From an uncultured Planctomycetales bacterium (lineage in GTDB: Bacteria; Omnitrophota; Gorgyraeia; Zapsychrales; Aceulaceae), in the NCBI GenBank assembly GCA_964486675.1, contig CAZAOD010000004.1, forward strand, positions 1-58,703: DNA of 58,703 nucleotides. The letters are read 5' to 3'. Position numbers and translations under genes: made by a program. The notes under the pieces were generated by a model. It made no database searches, was not told the DNA's origin, and worked only from the letters and a program-made list of their open reading frames with translations. Shown piece by piece: positions 29,720-38,656 of this stretch. Within the stretch, counting starts at the first letter, position 1; the number at the start of each line of letters is the position of its first letter.

Positions 29720-29789
29720 GCGATTTCTAATCAGCTCGCGGGGAAGGATGCCTGCGGGTAATGTCAACCATTCTGGAGTCCTCGGCTTC

Positions 29790-31070
29790 ATGAAAAGAAT
29801 ACTGCCTGTTGTTTTCGCTGTTTTTCTTCTTGCTGGTTGCTCTCCTCTTGTTGAACAAAAAGATACGATCACTATTTGGCATTGGATGACCGATCGCCAA
29901 GATGCTTTTGCAAGACTTGCTCACCAGTATGAGCAGAAAACAGGCGTGAAGGTTCGATTTGAGCTTTATGCGCCTTCTGATATTTATTCCCGAAAGATAG
30001 TTGCCGCGGCCCAAGCGAGGGCTTTGCCGGATATTTTTGGCGTCCTTGGCGAAAAGAAAAGACTCGCTTTGTTCGTTGAAAGCGGGTTTGTGGCGGATCT
30101 GACGGAAGAATTCAAGAAAAATGATGGCTTGTGGGAAAAAAGTTTTTTTGAAAAAGCTTTAAATGTGAATCGTTTTGAACCTAACAATGTCTACAAGATC
30201 AAACCAGGTATTTATGGTGTTCCTTTGGATGTCACGAACATCCAGATGCTTTACAATAAAGAGTTGTTCGCAAAGGCCGGTATCAAAGAATCTCCGAAGA
30301 CATTTGATCAGTTCTTAGAAAATATCGCTGTTTTTAATCGTCTCGGTATCGATGGGCTTGTTTCTGGATGGGGTGAGAATTGGATGATCGACTGCTTCGC
30401 TTCGATTTACGCGCTGAATATAATGGGAGAAGAAAAAGTGATGGCCACCTATCGAGGAGAAGTTTCTTATACAGATGAAGACTGGATCAAGGTGTTGTCG
30501 CTTTTTAAGACATTGCGTGACCACAAAGCTTTGGCGCCGGGCGTTGTGACAAAGGGTAACAAGTATGCAGAGCAAGATTTTGCTTTGGGACGCGCTGCTT
30601 TTGCTTTTAATGGGTCCTGGTGTGTGAATGTTTATGATAAAATGAATCCAGCCTTGCAATATGCCGTTATGCTCCCTCCGCGCATTGATCCAGATGTGCC
30701 GATGCGGATTTGGGGCGGAGCAGGATCTTCTTTTGTCGTTAATCAAGCAGCGGGCGACAGACAAAAAATTGTTGATTTTTTGAAATGGTTGACCGGCAAA
30801 GAGCAACAGGTTTTTCTTTCTCAGGAAACAAAGAACCTGCCGTCCAATCGCGAGGCTTTATCCGAGATCCCGGATGTTCTGATTCAGTTTGCCAAAGAGA
30901 TGGATGCCACAACACATCCATCTCTTTGGCCTTACAATGAGTTGCCCCTTATCACGGAAGCATTTTGCAAGGGTATTCAAGCGATCATTATTGGTGAAGC
31001 AACTCCTGAAAAAGTTGCGGCTGATGTCCAACGTCTTAAAGAGCGTGAGATGAGAAGGGAGCGACAATAA
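29790..31070 (+). CDS. CUT1-family sugar ABC transporter substrate-binding lipoprotein
   Basis: Lipobox FLLAGCS. Family-1 extracellular solute-binding protein pattern. Start at MKRILPVVF (29790), not the track start at 29664. Confidence 0.85.
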   Translation: MKRILPVVFAVFLLAGCSPLVEQKDTITIWHWMTDRQDAFARLAHQYEQKTGVKVRFELYAPSDIYSRKIVAAAQARALPDIFGVLGEKKRLALFVESGFVADLTEEFKKNDGLWEKSFFEKALNVNRFEPNNVYKIKPGIYGVPLDVTNIQMLYNKELFAKAGIKESPKTFDQFLENIAVFNRLGIDGLVSGWGENWMIDCFASIYALNIMGEEKVMATYRGEVSYTDEDWIKVLSLFKTLRDHKALAPGVVTKGNKYAEQDFALGRAAFAFNGSWCVNVYDKMNPALQYAVMLPPRIDPDVPMRIWGGAGSSFVVNQAAGDRQKIVDFLKWLTGKEQQVFLSQETKNLPSNREALSEIPDVLIQFAKEMDATTHPSLWPYNELPLITEAFCKGIQAIIIGEATPEKVAADVQRLKEREMRRERQ

Positions 31071-31076
31071 CTTGCT

Positions 31077-32003
31077 ATGCGCGTTGCCAGCGTGAAAAAT
31101 TCAACCACTGCAGGCATCAAGGAGCTTTTCGGTAACTATCTGTTTATTTTGCCAGCCGTTCTCATCTTCTCCTTCTTTTATATTTATCCTTTTTTTGAGA
31201 TCTTCTATCTTTCACTGCATGAATGGAACGGTATTTCTGCAGAGCGTCATTTTGTTGGACTTGGTAACTTCATTGAGATCATGCAGGATAAGGTTTGGTG
31301 GATGTCCGTATGGCATGCGGCCTATATTACGCTCATTGCTTTGACCTTTCAAAATGTCTTGGCTTTTGCGTTAGCACTTTCCTGTGATAGGGATATCCGA
31401 ATGCGCAGGTTTTATCGCTTTGTTTTTTATCTTCCTCCCGTCTTGTCTGAAGTTGTTGTTGGTTTGATTTGGCGCTGGATCCTCAGCGCGAGCATGCAAG
31501 GCGGAGAACCCGTTGGCTTGCTGAATTATTTCTTGACAAAAGCGCATTTATATCATTTAATGCGAGATTGGCTGTCTGATCCTCGAACAGCATTGACATC
31601 GATTGCTGTTGTTCATAGCTGGAAGGGTTTTGGTTGGGGATTTATCATCTTGCTCGCGGGATTGCAGACCATTGACCGCCAACTTTATGAAGCTGCGCGC
31701 GTGGATGGCGCAGGTTCACTGAGCATCTTAAAGAATATTACCATTCCCATGATGATCCCGGTTTTCATCATGGTTATGATCCTTACGATTTTGGGCTCCA
31801 TGCAGGTTTTCGTTCTGGTCCTTTCAATGGTAGGCCAGGGCTTGGTCTATCACACGGAAGTTCCTGTTACGCGCATTCTTGACTCTATGATTGGAACAAG
31901 CCGTTTCGGCTACGCTTGCGCGCAAGGGATTGTCTTCGGCGGGATCCTGGTCGTTGGCTCTTTTGCTTTGCATAAATTTTCAAAGAAAGTAAAACAAGAA
32001 TAG
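31077..32003 (+). CDS. sugar ABC transporter permease (MalF/UgpA-like)
   Basis: 6 TM helices and the EAA loop YEAARVDGAGSLSILKNITIPMM. Confidence 0.88.
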   Translation: MRVASVKNSTTAGIKELFGNYLFILPAVLIFSFFYIYPFFEIFYLSLHEWNGISAERHFVGLGNFIEIMQDKVWWMSVWHAAYITLIALTFQNVLAFALALSCDRDIRMRRFYRFVFYLPPVLSEVVVGLIWRWILSASMQGGEPVGLLNYFLTKAHLYHLMRDWLSDPRTALTSIAVVHSWKGFGWGFIILLAGLQTIDRQLYEAARVDGAGSLSILKNITIPMMIPVFIMVMILTILGSMQVFVLVLSMVGQGLVYHTEVPVTRILDSMIGTSRFGYACAQGIVFGGILVVGSFALHKFSKKVKQE

Positions 32004-32008
32004 AAATA

Positions 32009-32860
32009 GTGATCATGGCTGTCGTCAACCATAAGCGGATTAAGGTTGTTCAATCAGTGCTCTTGCACATGTTCTTGCTTTTTGCTGCCATGACATGTTT
32101 GTTTCCTCTGCTGTGGATGTTACGGTCATCTTTAATGACCAATGAAACTATTTTTGTTGATAAGGCCTTGATCCCGCAAACGCTTCATTTCAATAATTTT
32201 TATTTGGCCTGGACGCAGGGTAAGTTTGGGGTCTATTTCTTAAACAGTATCATCTATACTGCCAGCGCCGTTTTCGCGATCATCATCATTGCCTCTTTGG
32301 CCGCTTATGCGTTCTCTCGACTACAATTCCCGGGAAAGAATTTCTTTTTTTATTTATTTTTAGCCGCCATGATGATCCCTTTGCCCGGCAGCTTTGTCCC
32401 GCTGGTCGTTCTCATGAACAAACTTCATTTAGCTAACACGCGCATCGGCTACATCCTGTGCATGATCAATGTCGGTTTATCGCTGAGCATTTACATTCTT
32501 AAAACATTCTTTGACAAAATGCCGTCAGCCTTAGAAGATGCAGCGCGTATAGACGGTTGCTCAAAGCTGGGGATCTGGTTCCATGTGGCTTTGCCATTGG
32601 CGCGTCCGGCGATCGCTGTTGTTGTTATTTTTAACACTTTAAATATTTGGAACGAGTATATTTTAGCAACATTGTTGCTGAATCATGAGCACTTGATGCC
32701 TTTGCAAAGAGGCTTGATGGTGTATCAGGGAGCGTACAGCGTTGACTATCCTATGCTGATGGCAGGATTGTCGATCACGGCCGTTCCGGTCGTTCTGGTC
32801 TATCTGTTCATGCAAAAACATATCATCAAAGGTCTTTCGGAAGGAGCTACGGCTGGATAA
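32009..32860 (+). CDS. sugar ABC transporter permease (MalG/UgpE-like)
   Basis: EAA loop LEDAARIDGCSKLGIWFHVALPLARPA. GTG 32009 or ATG 32015 start. Confidence 0.88.
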   Translation: MIMAVVNHKRIKVVQSVLLHMFLLFAAMTCLFPLLWMLRSSLMTNETIFVDKALIPQTLHFNNFYLAWTQGKFGVYFLNSIIYTASAVFAIIIIASLAAYAFSRLQFPGKNFFFYLFLAAMMIPLPGSFVPLVVLMNKLHLANTRIGYILCMINVGLSLSIYILKTFFDKMPSALEDAARIDGCSKLGIWFHVALPLARPAIAVVVIFNTLNIWNEYILATLLLNHEHLMPLQRGLMVYQGAYSVDYPMLMAGLSITAVPVVLVYLFMQKHIIKGLSEGATAG

Positions 32861-35172
32861 TGAAAAAAAATTTCTACCTATCGATCGCTGCAACTGTTCT
32901 TTTTTCTATGTTCTTTTTGTCTCAGTCTTCGGCACAAATTTTAAGCTCGCAAGAATATGTCCGCAAAGCTTGGGAGGCATCTTCACAGAATAACTTTGAA
33001 GAAGTCGACCGACTCACTGATGAATGCGTGCTTCACTATAATGATCAAGCCAAGGAGCAACAAGCGTCCTTAACGGGATTTGCTGATAAGGGAACCGAAA
33101 GCCAATATCAGGCGCTAAACGATGTCGCGACAGCTTTGTTCATTCACGCAGAGTCTTTGATGAAGCAGGGGAAGACCGAAGACTCCAGAAAACTTTTTAT
33201 GCGGATCATTGAAGAGTTTTCTTGGGCGCAAAGTTGGGATCCGCGCGGCTGGTACTGGGCTCCCGCAGAAAAAGCCCAAGCCAGTATCGATAAGCTTGAT
33301 GGGAAGTACGAGCAAAAGCAGGTTGTCAAGGTCGACCGTGGAGAAAAGACATTGCCGACCTTAAGTTTTCCAGGCACAGAAAAAGTCATTGACTATAAAA
33401 AATACGGACATTTTGTCGGTGTTGGGACTAAAGATTATGAATACGTAATAGATGACCCTGAAGGCCTCATGAAAGCTGCCGGGCAGTGCATTTATCCAAA
33501 CACCAGCAGTCTTTTGAAAGACCCGATCTACCGCCAGATGGTAAAGGATGGAAAGCTCGGGGGCAGCCATTGGGATTTTGTGCATACGGATGACTTGCAG
33601 AAAGCCGTTTATAAATGGGCTTCTTCATCAGAAAATTGGGGCGTTAAGCTTTTTTATATGGGCCTCTTATTCGAACGAGCCCATATGTGGTATGAGGCTA
33701 TCAAATGTTATCGTGCTATTCAGATCCATTTTCCACAGTCTGTTGGGCGTACATACTGGAATACGCCTTGGTATCCAGGACAAGCCGCGATCGCGAAAAT
33801 ACGTCATTTGATCAATATTCATCCTGAATTAGATCTTAAATATACTGGCGCCAAGATCCAGGTGATCAACGGTTTTGATAATGATGTGGCGAATGATATT
33901 GTTTTAACTTGGCCCGGGGAATTACGTAAAAAGAATATTTGGGATAGGGTCCAGGAGAAATTTACTTCATTTTTTCCTGAAAAGCAGTGCGTTTTTAAAC
34001 CGTCTAATGCCAAGAAAGTTTTGGGGTCTGGCCGCGTGCGTCTTTTGCAATGCAAAGAAAGCGGACATTGGCAGCTTCAGATCGATGAGAAACCAGCCAT
34101 GATCAAGGCTGTTACCTATGTGGCAACAAAGGTCGGACAAAGTCCAGACAATGGGACTCTGGCTGACTGGATGGTAGAAGATACGAACCATAACGGAAAA
34201 CCCGATGGTCCTTTCGACAGTTGGGTGGACAAGAATCGCAACAACAAGCAAGACGGTGATGAGCCGGTTGTTGGGGATTTCCAACTTCTTAAGGAAATGG
34301 GTGTTAACGCGATCCGTATTTACAAACAGCCTTATAATGCGGACAAAGAGCTCTTACGTAAACTGCATAATGATTATGGCATTATGGTCATTATGGGTGA
34401 TTTTTTAGGAAAATATGCTCTTGGTTCCGGTGCGAGTTGGTTTGAAGGAACAGATTATGACAATCCGGAACATAAAAAGAATATGATGGAGTCCGTTCGC
34501 AAGATGGTTGAGGAATTCAAGGATGAACCTTATGTTCTTTTTTGGCTTTTAGGTAACGAAAATAATTATGGCTTAGGATGCAACGCGGACAAGAAACCAG
34601 AAAGTTATTTTAAGTTCGTTGAAGAAGTTGCTCAGATGATCAAAGCTATTGACAAGAATCATCTTGTGGCTGTTTGCAACGGAGATACCCTGTTTTTGGA
34701 TATCTTTGCTGAAAATTGTCCTTCTGTGGACATTTTTGGCGCGAATGCCTATCGCGGGGATTATGGATTTGGTTCTTATTGGGCGCAGGTCTTTGAGCTT
34801 ACCGGACGTCCTGCCTTCATTACAGAATTTGGATGCCCGGCGTATGCGAATTTTCTTAGTCCAGAAGAGGCGGAGCAAGCCCAGGCTGATTATCATCAAG
34901 GAGCTTGGGAGGATATGCTTTTTAACTCAGCTGGATCCAGAGAAGGCGTTGGAAATTCTTTGGGCGGAGTTGTCTTCCAGTGGATGGACGAATGGTGGAA
35001 GAATTATGAGCCTTATTATCATGATAAGACCGCTGGGGCCAAAGGGCCTTTTCCGGATGGCTTCATGTATGAAGAGTGGTTTGGCATCATTGGTCAGGGA
35101 GATGGAAGTCATAGCCCGTTTTTGCGCCAGCTTCGCAAAGGTTATGAGTATTATAAGAAAGCCTGGAATTAA
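32860..35172 (+). CDS. secreted clan GH-A (beta/alpha)8 glycoside hydrolase (GH2/GH5-like) with an N-terminal copy of the approximately 130-aa WALNDVAT/WFWKPAE module
   Basis: Signal peptide (SQSSA-QI). TIM-barrel region VNAIRIY...; acid/base LLGNENNYG; nucleophile FITEFGCPAY. N-terminal residues about 30-150 align with the modules of the next gene. Confidence 0.7.
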   Translation: MKKNFYLSIAATVLFSMFFLSQSSAQILSSQEYVRKAWEASSQNNFEEVDRLTDECVLHYNDQAKEQQASLTGFADKGTESQYQALNDVATALFIHAESLMKQGKTEDSRKLFMRIIEEFSWAQSWDPRGWYWAPAEKAQASIDKLDGKYEQKQVVKVDRGEKTLPTLSFPGTEKVIDYKKYGHFVGVGTKDYEYVIDDPEGLMKAAGQCIYPNTSSLLKDPIYRQMVKDGKLGGSHWDFVHTDDLQKAVYKWASSSENWGVKLFYMGLLFERAHMWYEAIKCYRAIQIHFPQSVGRTYWNTPWYPGQAAIAKIRHLINIHPELDLKYTGAKIQVINGFDNDVANDIVLTWPGELRKKNIWDRVQEKFTSFFPEKQCVFKPSNAKKVLGSGRVRLLQCKESGHWQLQIDEKPAMIKAVTYVATKVGQSPDNGTLADWMVEDTNHNGKPDGPFDSWVDKNRNNKQDGDEPVVGDFQLLKEMGVNAIRIYKQPYNADKELLRKLHNDYGIMVIMGDFLGKYALGSGASWFEGTDYDNPEHKKNMMESVRKMVEEFKDEPYVLFWLLGNENNYGLGCNADKKPESYFKFVEEVAQMIKAIDKNHLVAVCNGDTLFLDIFAENCPSVDIFGANAYRGDYGFGSYWAQVFELTGRPAFITEFGCPAYANFLSPEEAEQAQADYHQGAWEDMLFNSAGSREGVGNSLGGVVFQWMDEWWKNYEPYYHDKTAGAKGPFPDGFMYEEWFGIIGQGDGSHSPFLRQLRKGYEYYKKAWN

Positions 35173-35178
35173 CAATTT

Positions 35179-35208
35179 TTGGCAAACTTGAAGGTTTTGT
35201 GCTATACT
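35179..35208 (+). promoter_or_regulatory. candidate internal promoter for the repeat-protein gene
   Basis: TTGGCA (35179-35184), N18, TGcTATACT (hexamer 35203-35208), followed by a strong AAAGGAGGAG RBS. Confidence 0.4.
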
Positions 35209-35268
35209 CACTTTTACATTTGGCCCGTAGATAATCTTTATTAAAATCACAAAAGGAGGAGTGGCGGT

Positions 35269-36519
35269 ATGAGAAAAATCTTTATTGCGGCTTTATTGAT
35301 CCTCGGAATTGGGATCGTGAGCCCTGTTACGGCATCAGCTTATAATTTTGGCGATTATCGCTCTGTGACATTGACGAGCAAGGCGTGGGAAGCCCTCAAT
35401 GCTGGTGATGTTGAAGCAGTTTTGGCTTATACTAAGAAATGTATTGAACTTTATGGCGAGCAAGCCAAAAAAATGCAAGCTTCCTTAAAAGATTATGTGA
35501 AGGGCACAAATGAGGAGGTTTTCAAGAACTGGGCGCTTAATGATGTCGCGACCTGCCTTTTCATCCAGGGCGAAGCCTATCGCAAGGCAAAAATGATGGA
35601 TGAAGCCAAAGAAGCCTACCAGAAAGTTATTAATGATTACAAATTCGGTCAGTGTTGGGATAACGGCGGATGGTTCTGGAAGCCGGCGGAAGCTGCCAAG
35701 GAACGCTTGGACGCGATCAGCAAGGGTATCAACATTGATTTTGGCGACATGAAATCTTCTACCTTGACCACCAAGGCATGGGAAGCTTACAACAAGAACG
35801 ATCTCGAATCTGTTCTGTTGTATACCAATAAATGCATCGCAACTTATGGTGAAGAAGCTAAGAAGATGCAGGCTTCTCTTAAAGATTTTCCAAAAGGAAG
35901 CAATGAGGAGATCTTCAAGAACTGGGCGCTTAATGATGTCGCGACCTGCCTTTTCATCCAGGGCGAAGCCTATCGCAAGGCAAAAATGATGGATGAAGCC
36001 AAAGAAGCCTACCAGAAAGTTATTAATGATTACAAATTCGGTCAGTGTTGGGATAACGGCGGATGGTTCTGGAAGCCGGCGGAAGCTGCCAAGGAACGCT
36101 TGGACGCGATCAGCAAGGGTATCAACATTGATTTTGGCGACATGAAATCTTCTACCTTGACCACCAAGGCATGGGAAGCTTACAACAAGAACGATCTCGA
36201 ATCTGTTCTGTTGTATACCAATAAATGCATCGCAACTTATGGTGAAGAAGCTAAGAAGATGCAGGCTTCTCTTACGGAATATCCGTGGGAAAATAACGAA
36301 AAGATCTTTTCTTTCTGGGCCTTGAACGATGTTGGAACCTGTTTCTTTATTCAAGGTGATGCGTATAAAAAAGCAGGAAAGGTAAAAGAAGCTGAGAAAG
36401 CCTTTGATCAATTGATCAAGGGGTATTATTTTGCTCAAGCCTGGGATCCTCAGGGTTGGTTCTGGAAGCCTTCAGAAGCAGCTGAGCAAAGATTAGAAGA
36501 AATGAAGGAAAATCAATAA
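35269..36519 (+). CDS. secreted protein made of three tandem 131-aa helical modules (uncharacterised family)
   Basis: Signal peptide VTASA-YN. Modules start at FGD (aa 27, 158, 289). Each carries KAWEA..., WALNDV(A/G)TC(L/F)FIQG(E/D)AY and W(D)..GWFWKP(A/S)EAA. Confidence 0.8.
   Translation: MRKIFIAALLILGIGIVSPVTASAYNFGDYRSVTLTSKAWEALNAGDVEAVLAYTKKCIELYGEQAKKMQASLKDYVKGTNEEVFKNWALNDVATCLFIQGEAYRKAKMMDEAKEAYQKVINDYKFGQCWDNGGWFWKPAEAAKERLDAISKGINIDFGDMKSSTLTTKAWEAYNKNDLESVLLYTNKCIATYGEEAKKMQASLKDFPKGSNEEIFKNWALNDVATCLFIQGEAYRKAKMMDEAKEAYQKVINDYKFGQCWDNGGWFWKPAEAAKERLDAISKGINIDFGDMKSSTLTTKAWEAYNKNDLESVLLYTNKCIATYGEEAKKMQASLTEYPWENNEKIFSFWALNDVGTCFFIQGDAYKKAGKVKEAEKAFDQLIKGYYFAQAWDPQGWFWKPSEAAEQRLEEMKENQ
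35521..36273 (+). repeat. perfect 360-bp tandem direct repeat, period 393 bp (35521-35880 = 35914-36273)
   Basis: I compared the two copies base by base and saw no mismatch. In frame within the 35269-36519 CDS. Confidence 0.9.
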
Positions 36520-36583
36520 GTCTTTATATCCAATAGACTTATATTTCTTTTAGAAATTAAATATTTTAACATAAAGGGCTTTT

Positions 36584-37216
36584 ATGCATAAAGTCATCTA
36601 TCTCTTTTTGATCTTTTTTCTCGTTGCTCTTTCTGGCTGCGAGCAAGGCGCCAAGTCGAAGAGCGGAGCGCAAGACAGCAGCAAGCAAGATGTTCGTTTC
36701 GATCCTTTTCCTATTTATACAAACATTGGCTCAAGAGACAATCATTATGTTCCATCAGGGTTTATGCCTGACGGGCAATGCATCAGCCTTGACAATCGTT
36801 GGCAAGAGGGTTGTCATAGCGATCCTACCTGTATCAAGATCTCCTACGATGTGACGTGTTCTCAGAAAGGATCCAGATGGGCGGGTATCTATTGGCAAAA
36901 TCCCGCGCATAATTGGGGTGGCCGTAAAGGTGGTTTTAACCTGTCAGGCGCTAAAAAATTGACGTTCTGGGCAAAAGGTGAGAAAGGCGGCGAGCGCATT
37001 GAGGAATTTAAGATGGGAGGTATTTCAGGGGATTATCCTGATACTGATACCGCCTTCATTGGACCCGTTATTTTAACGCCGGAATGGAAGCAGTATAGCA
37101 TTGATCTGCGAGGCAAGGATCTTTCTTACGTAAGTGGAGGTTTTTGTTTTACGACCAATGTCGAGGTCAACCCTGAATCGATCGTTTTCTTTTTAGACGA
37201 CATGCGTTACGAATAA
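36584..37216 (+). CDS. lipoprotein, possible carbohydrate-binding beta-sandwich
   Basis: Lipobox VALSGC. W/G/Y-rich sequence (GIYWQNPAHNWGG, KLTFWAKGEKGGE) reminiscent of CBM-like jelly rolls. No firm family. Confidence 0.45.
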   Translation: MHKVIYLFLIFFLVALSGCEQGAKSKSGAQDSSKQDVRFDPFPIYTNIGSRDNHYVPSGFMPDGQCISLDNRWQEGCHSDPTCIKISYDVTCSQKGSRWAGIYWQNPAHNWGGRKGGFNLSGAKKLTFWAKGEKGGERIEEFKMGGISGDYPDTDTAFIGPVILTPEWKQYSIDLRGKDLSYVSGGFCFTTNVEVNPESIVFFLDDMRYE

Positions 37217-37242
37217 TTTTTTGTTAAGGATACATTTTTCAA

Positions 37243-37275
37243 AAGAGGTAGAGCATTCTACCTCTTTTTTATTTT
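37243..37275 (+). terminator. intrinsic terminator ending the glycan operon
   Basis: AAGAGGTAGA / TCTACCTCTT stem followed by a TTTTTTATTTTT tract. Confidence 0.75.
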
Positions 37276-37305
37276 TAGTCATATGAAAAAATTCTTTGTT
37301 TTGCC

Positions 37306-37334
37306 TTGAGTTCGTAAAAATTGTTTGATATAGT
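37306..37334 (+). promoter_or_regulatory. candidate promoter for the coiled-coil/LacI pair
   Basis: TTGAGT (37306-37311), N17, TGaTATAGT (hexamer 37329-37334). A near-palindrome TTAAACGTTTTAA lies at about 37369-37381 between the -10 and the RBS (possible LacI-type operator, weak). Confidence 0.35.
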
Positions 37335-37385
37335 AAAATTGTTTCTTATATATTATATTAAACGTTTTAAACAAAGAGGGGAAAA

Positions 37386-38651
37386 ATGTCCAAAGCCGCG
37401 AAACAAGTAATTATCATCTTAGGGCTGCTGTTGGTTGTAAGTATCTTTTTTGCCTTCTCGACATTCAGCCAGAAAGCCGCAATCGAACAAACTGCCGCGC
37501 AACTCCAAGGAGAAGTTACGGGATACAAGAAAGACATTGCCACTCTTGATCAAAAACAAAAAGAAATTTTAGGGGAGAACGATCGTATCAAGCAGCAAGC
37601 GGCCGATGTTACGAAACAAAAAAATAAACTACAAGAAGAAGTTGATAGCTTAACGAGAAAAATGAAAGATTTTGAAAAGCGCGTTAGTGACGCTATGAGC
37701 GAGAGAGATGAGCTAAAAGATCGTTATAGCAAGGTTAGCCGTGAGCGTGATGAAGTGATGTCAAGGTTGCAGGAAACAGAAAGAAAACTTTCAGAGGCGC
37801 AGAAGAAAGCAGAATCCGCGATCGCTATTGCCACGCCGGCGACTGCCGTAATCGATGAAAATAAACAGCTTGAGAGCCATTGGGCTCAAGTGCTTAAAGA
37901 AAAAGCGGATCTTAGCTTGCGCATTGCCAAACTGGAAGATGAGTTGAATCAGAGCGCTTTGGATGTGACGGAGCTGAAGAAAAAGAATTCTGATCTAACG
38001 CTTGAGATCAGCGCACTTCAGCAAGAACGCGAAGATCTGCAACAGCAGATCAAACGTGGTCAGGATATCGCGGACAACGTTTCTCTGGACCTTGTGCGTG
38101 AAAAGAACGACAAGAAATTCGTTGGCTCTCAGCTAGACAAGATGAAAGAGGAAAATCTAGCCTTGCGTGCCCAAGTCAAGGAGTTGGGTTCTATGAAGAT
38201 CGTCCTTGAAAAAAGCATCGCGAAATTGCAAGAAGATAAGCTGACGATCGAGAAAAAATTGGCTCAATCAGAGACCGTGATTCAAGAGCGCCTTGATGAT
38301 GTTCTCAAGCTCAAAGAAGATATTAATCGAAAAGTTTTATCAGAGAACAAACCCCAAGAGGTTATTTTGCCTCCGATTATCGTCAACGGTTCTGGTGCTG
38401 TGGCGGATAAGCCCGCTGAATCTAGGCACGTGAATGTTTCCGGCGAGATCGTAAGCGTTAACCAAGAGAACAATTTTGTTATCGTAGACCTTGGACAGAA
38501 AACAGGCGTTAGCATCGGTGATCGCTTAAGCGTTTATCGAGGAGCGGCTTATCTTGGCGAGGTCGAGATCATTCAGGTTCGCGCGGATATTTCAGCAGCG
38601 GACATCAAAAAACAATCATCGCCATTTCAAACAGGCGACATTGTAAAATAA
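37386..38651 (+). CDS. membrane-anchored coiled-coil protein with a small C-terminal beta domain
   Basis: N-terminal TM helix (IIILGLLLVVSIFFAF), about 300 aa of K/E/Q/L heptad-like sequence, and a C-terminal block NFVIVDLGQKTGVSIGDRLSVYRG...GEVEIIQV. Confidence 0.6.
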   Translation: MSKAAKQVIIILGLLLVVSIFFAFSTFSQKAAIEQTAAQLQGEVTGYKKDIATLDQKQKEILGENDRIKQQAADVTKQKNKLQEEVDSLTRKMKDFEKRVSDAMSERDELKDRYSKVSRERDEVMSRLQETERKLSEAQKKAESAIAIATPATAVIDENKQLESHWAQVLKEKADLSLRIAKLEDELNQSALDVTELKKKNSDLTLEISALQQEREDLQQQIKRGQDIADNVSLDLVREKNDKKFVGSQLDKMKEENLALRAQVKELGSMKIVLEKSIAKLQEDKLTIEKKLAQSETVIQERLDDVLKLKEDINRKVLSENKPQEVILPPIIVNGSGAVADKPAESRHVNVSGEIVSVNQENNFVIVDLGQKTGVSIGDRLSVYRGAAYLGEVEIIQVRADISAADIKKQSSPFQTGDIVK

Positions 38652-38656
38652 TTCCC

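Noticed and set aside
30315-30806. 163-aa minus-strand ORF
   Set aside because: It is antisense within the substrate-binding protein gene.
34649-35191. 180-aa + strand ORF in another frame of the hydrolase gene
   Set aside because: It is out of frame with the GH-A catalytic region, whose NE and EFG motifs are intact. There is no independent signal.
35521-36273. Possible CRISPR-like or satellite array
   Set aside because: There are only two copies, each 360 bp, in frame inside a CDS. There is no short repeat/spacer architecture and no cas genes.
35485-36438. 317-aa ORF on the minus strand with an internally repeated sequence
   Set aside because: It is the antisense shadow of the repeat-protein gene. 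Its repeats simply mirror the 393-bp period. It has no RBS or signal peptide logic, while the + strand product has a signal peptide, a strong RBS and homology to the neighbouring hydrolase N-terminus.
37369-37381. LacI operator TTAAACGTTTTAA
   Set aside because: It is kept only as a note under the promoter feature. It is a single imperfect AT-rich palindrome, and I found no matching copies upstream of the GH94 or ABC operons.
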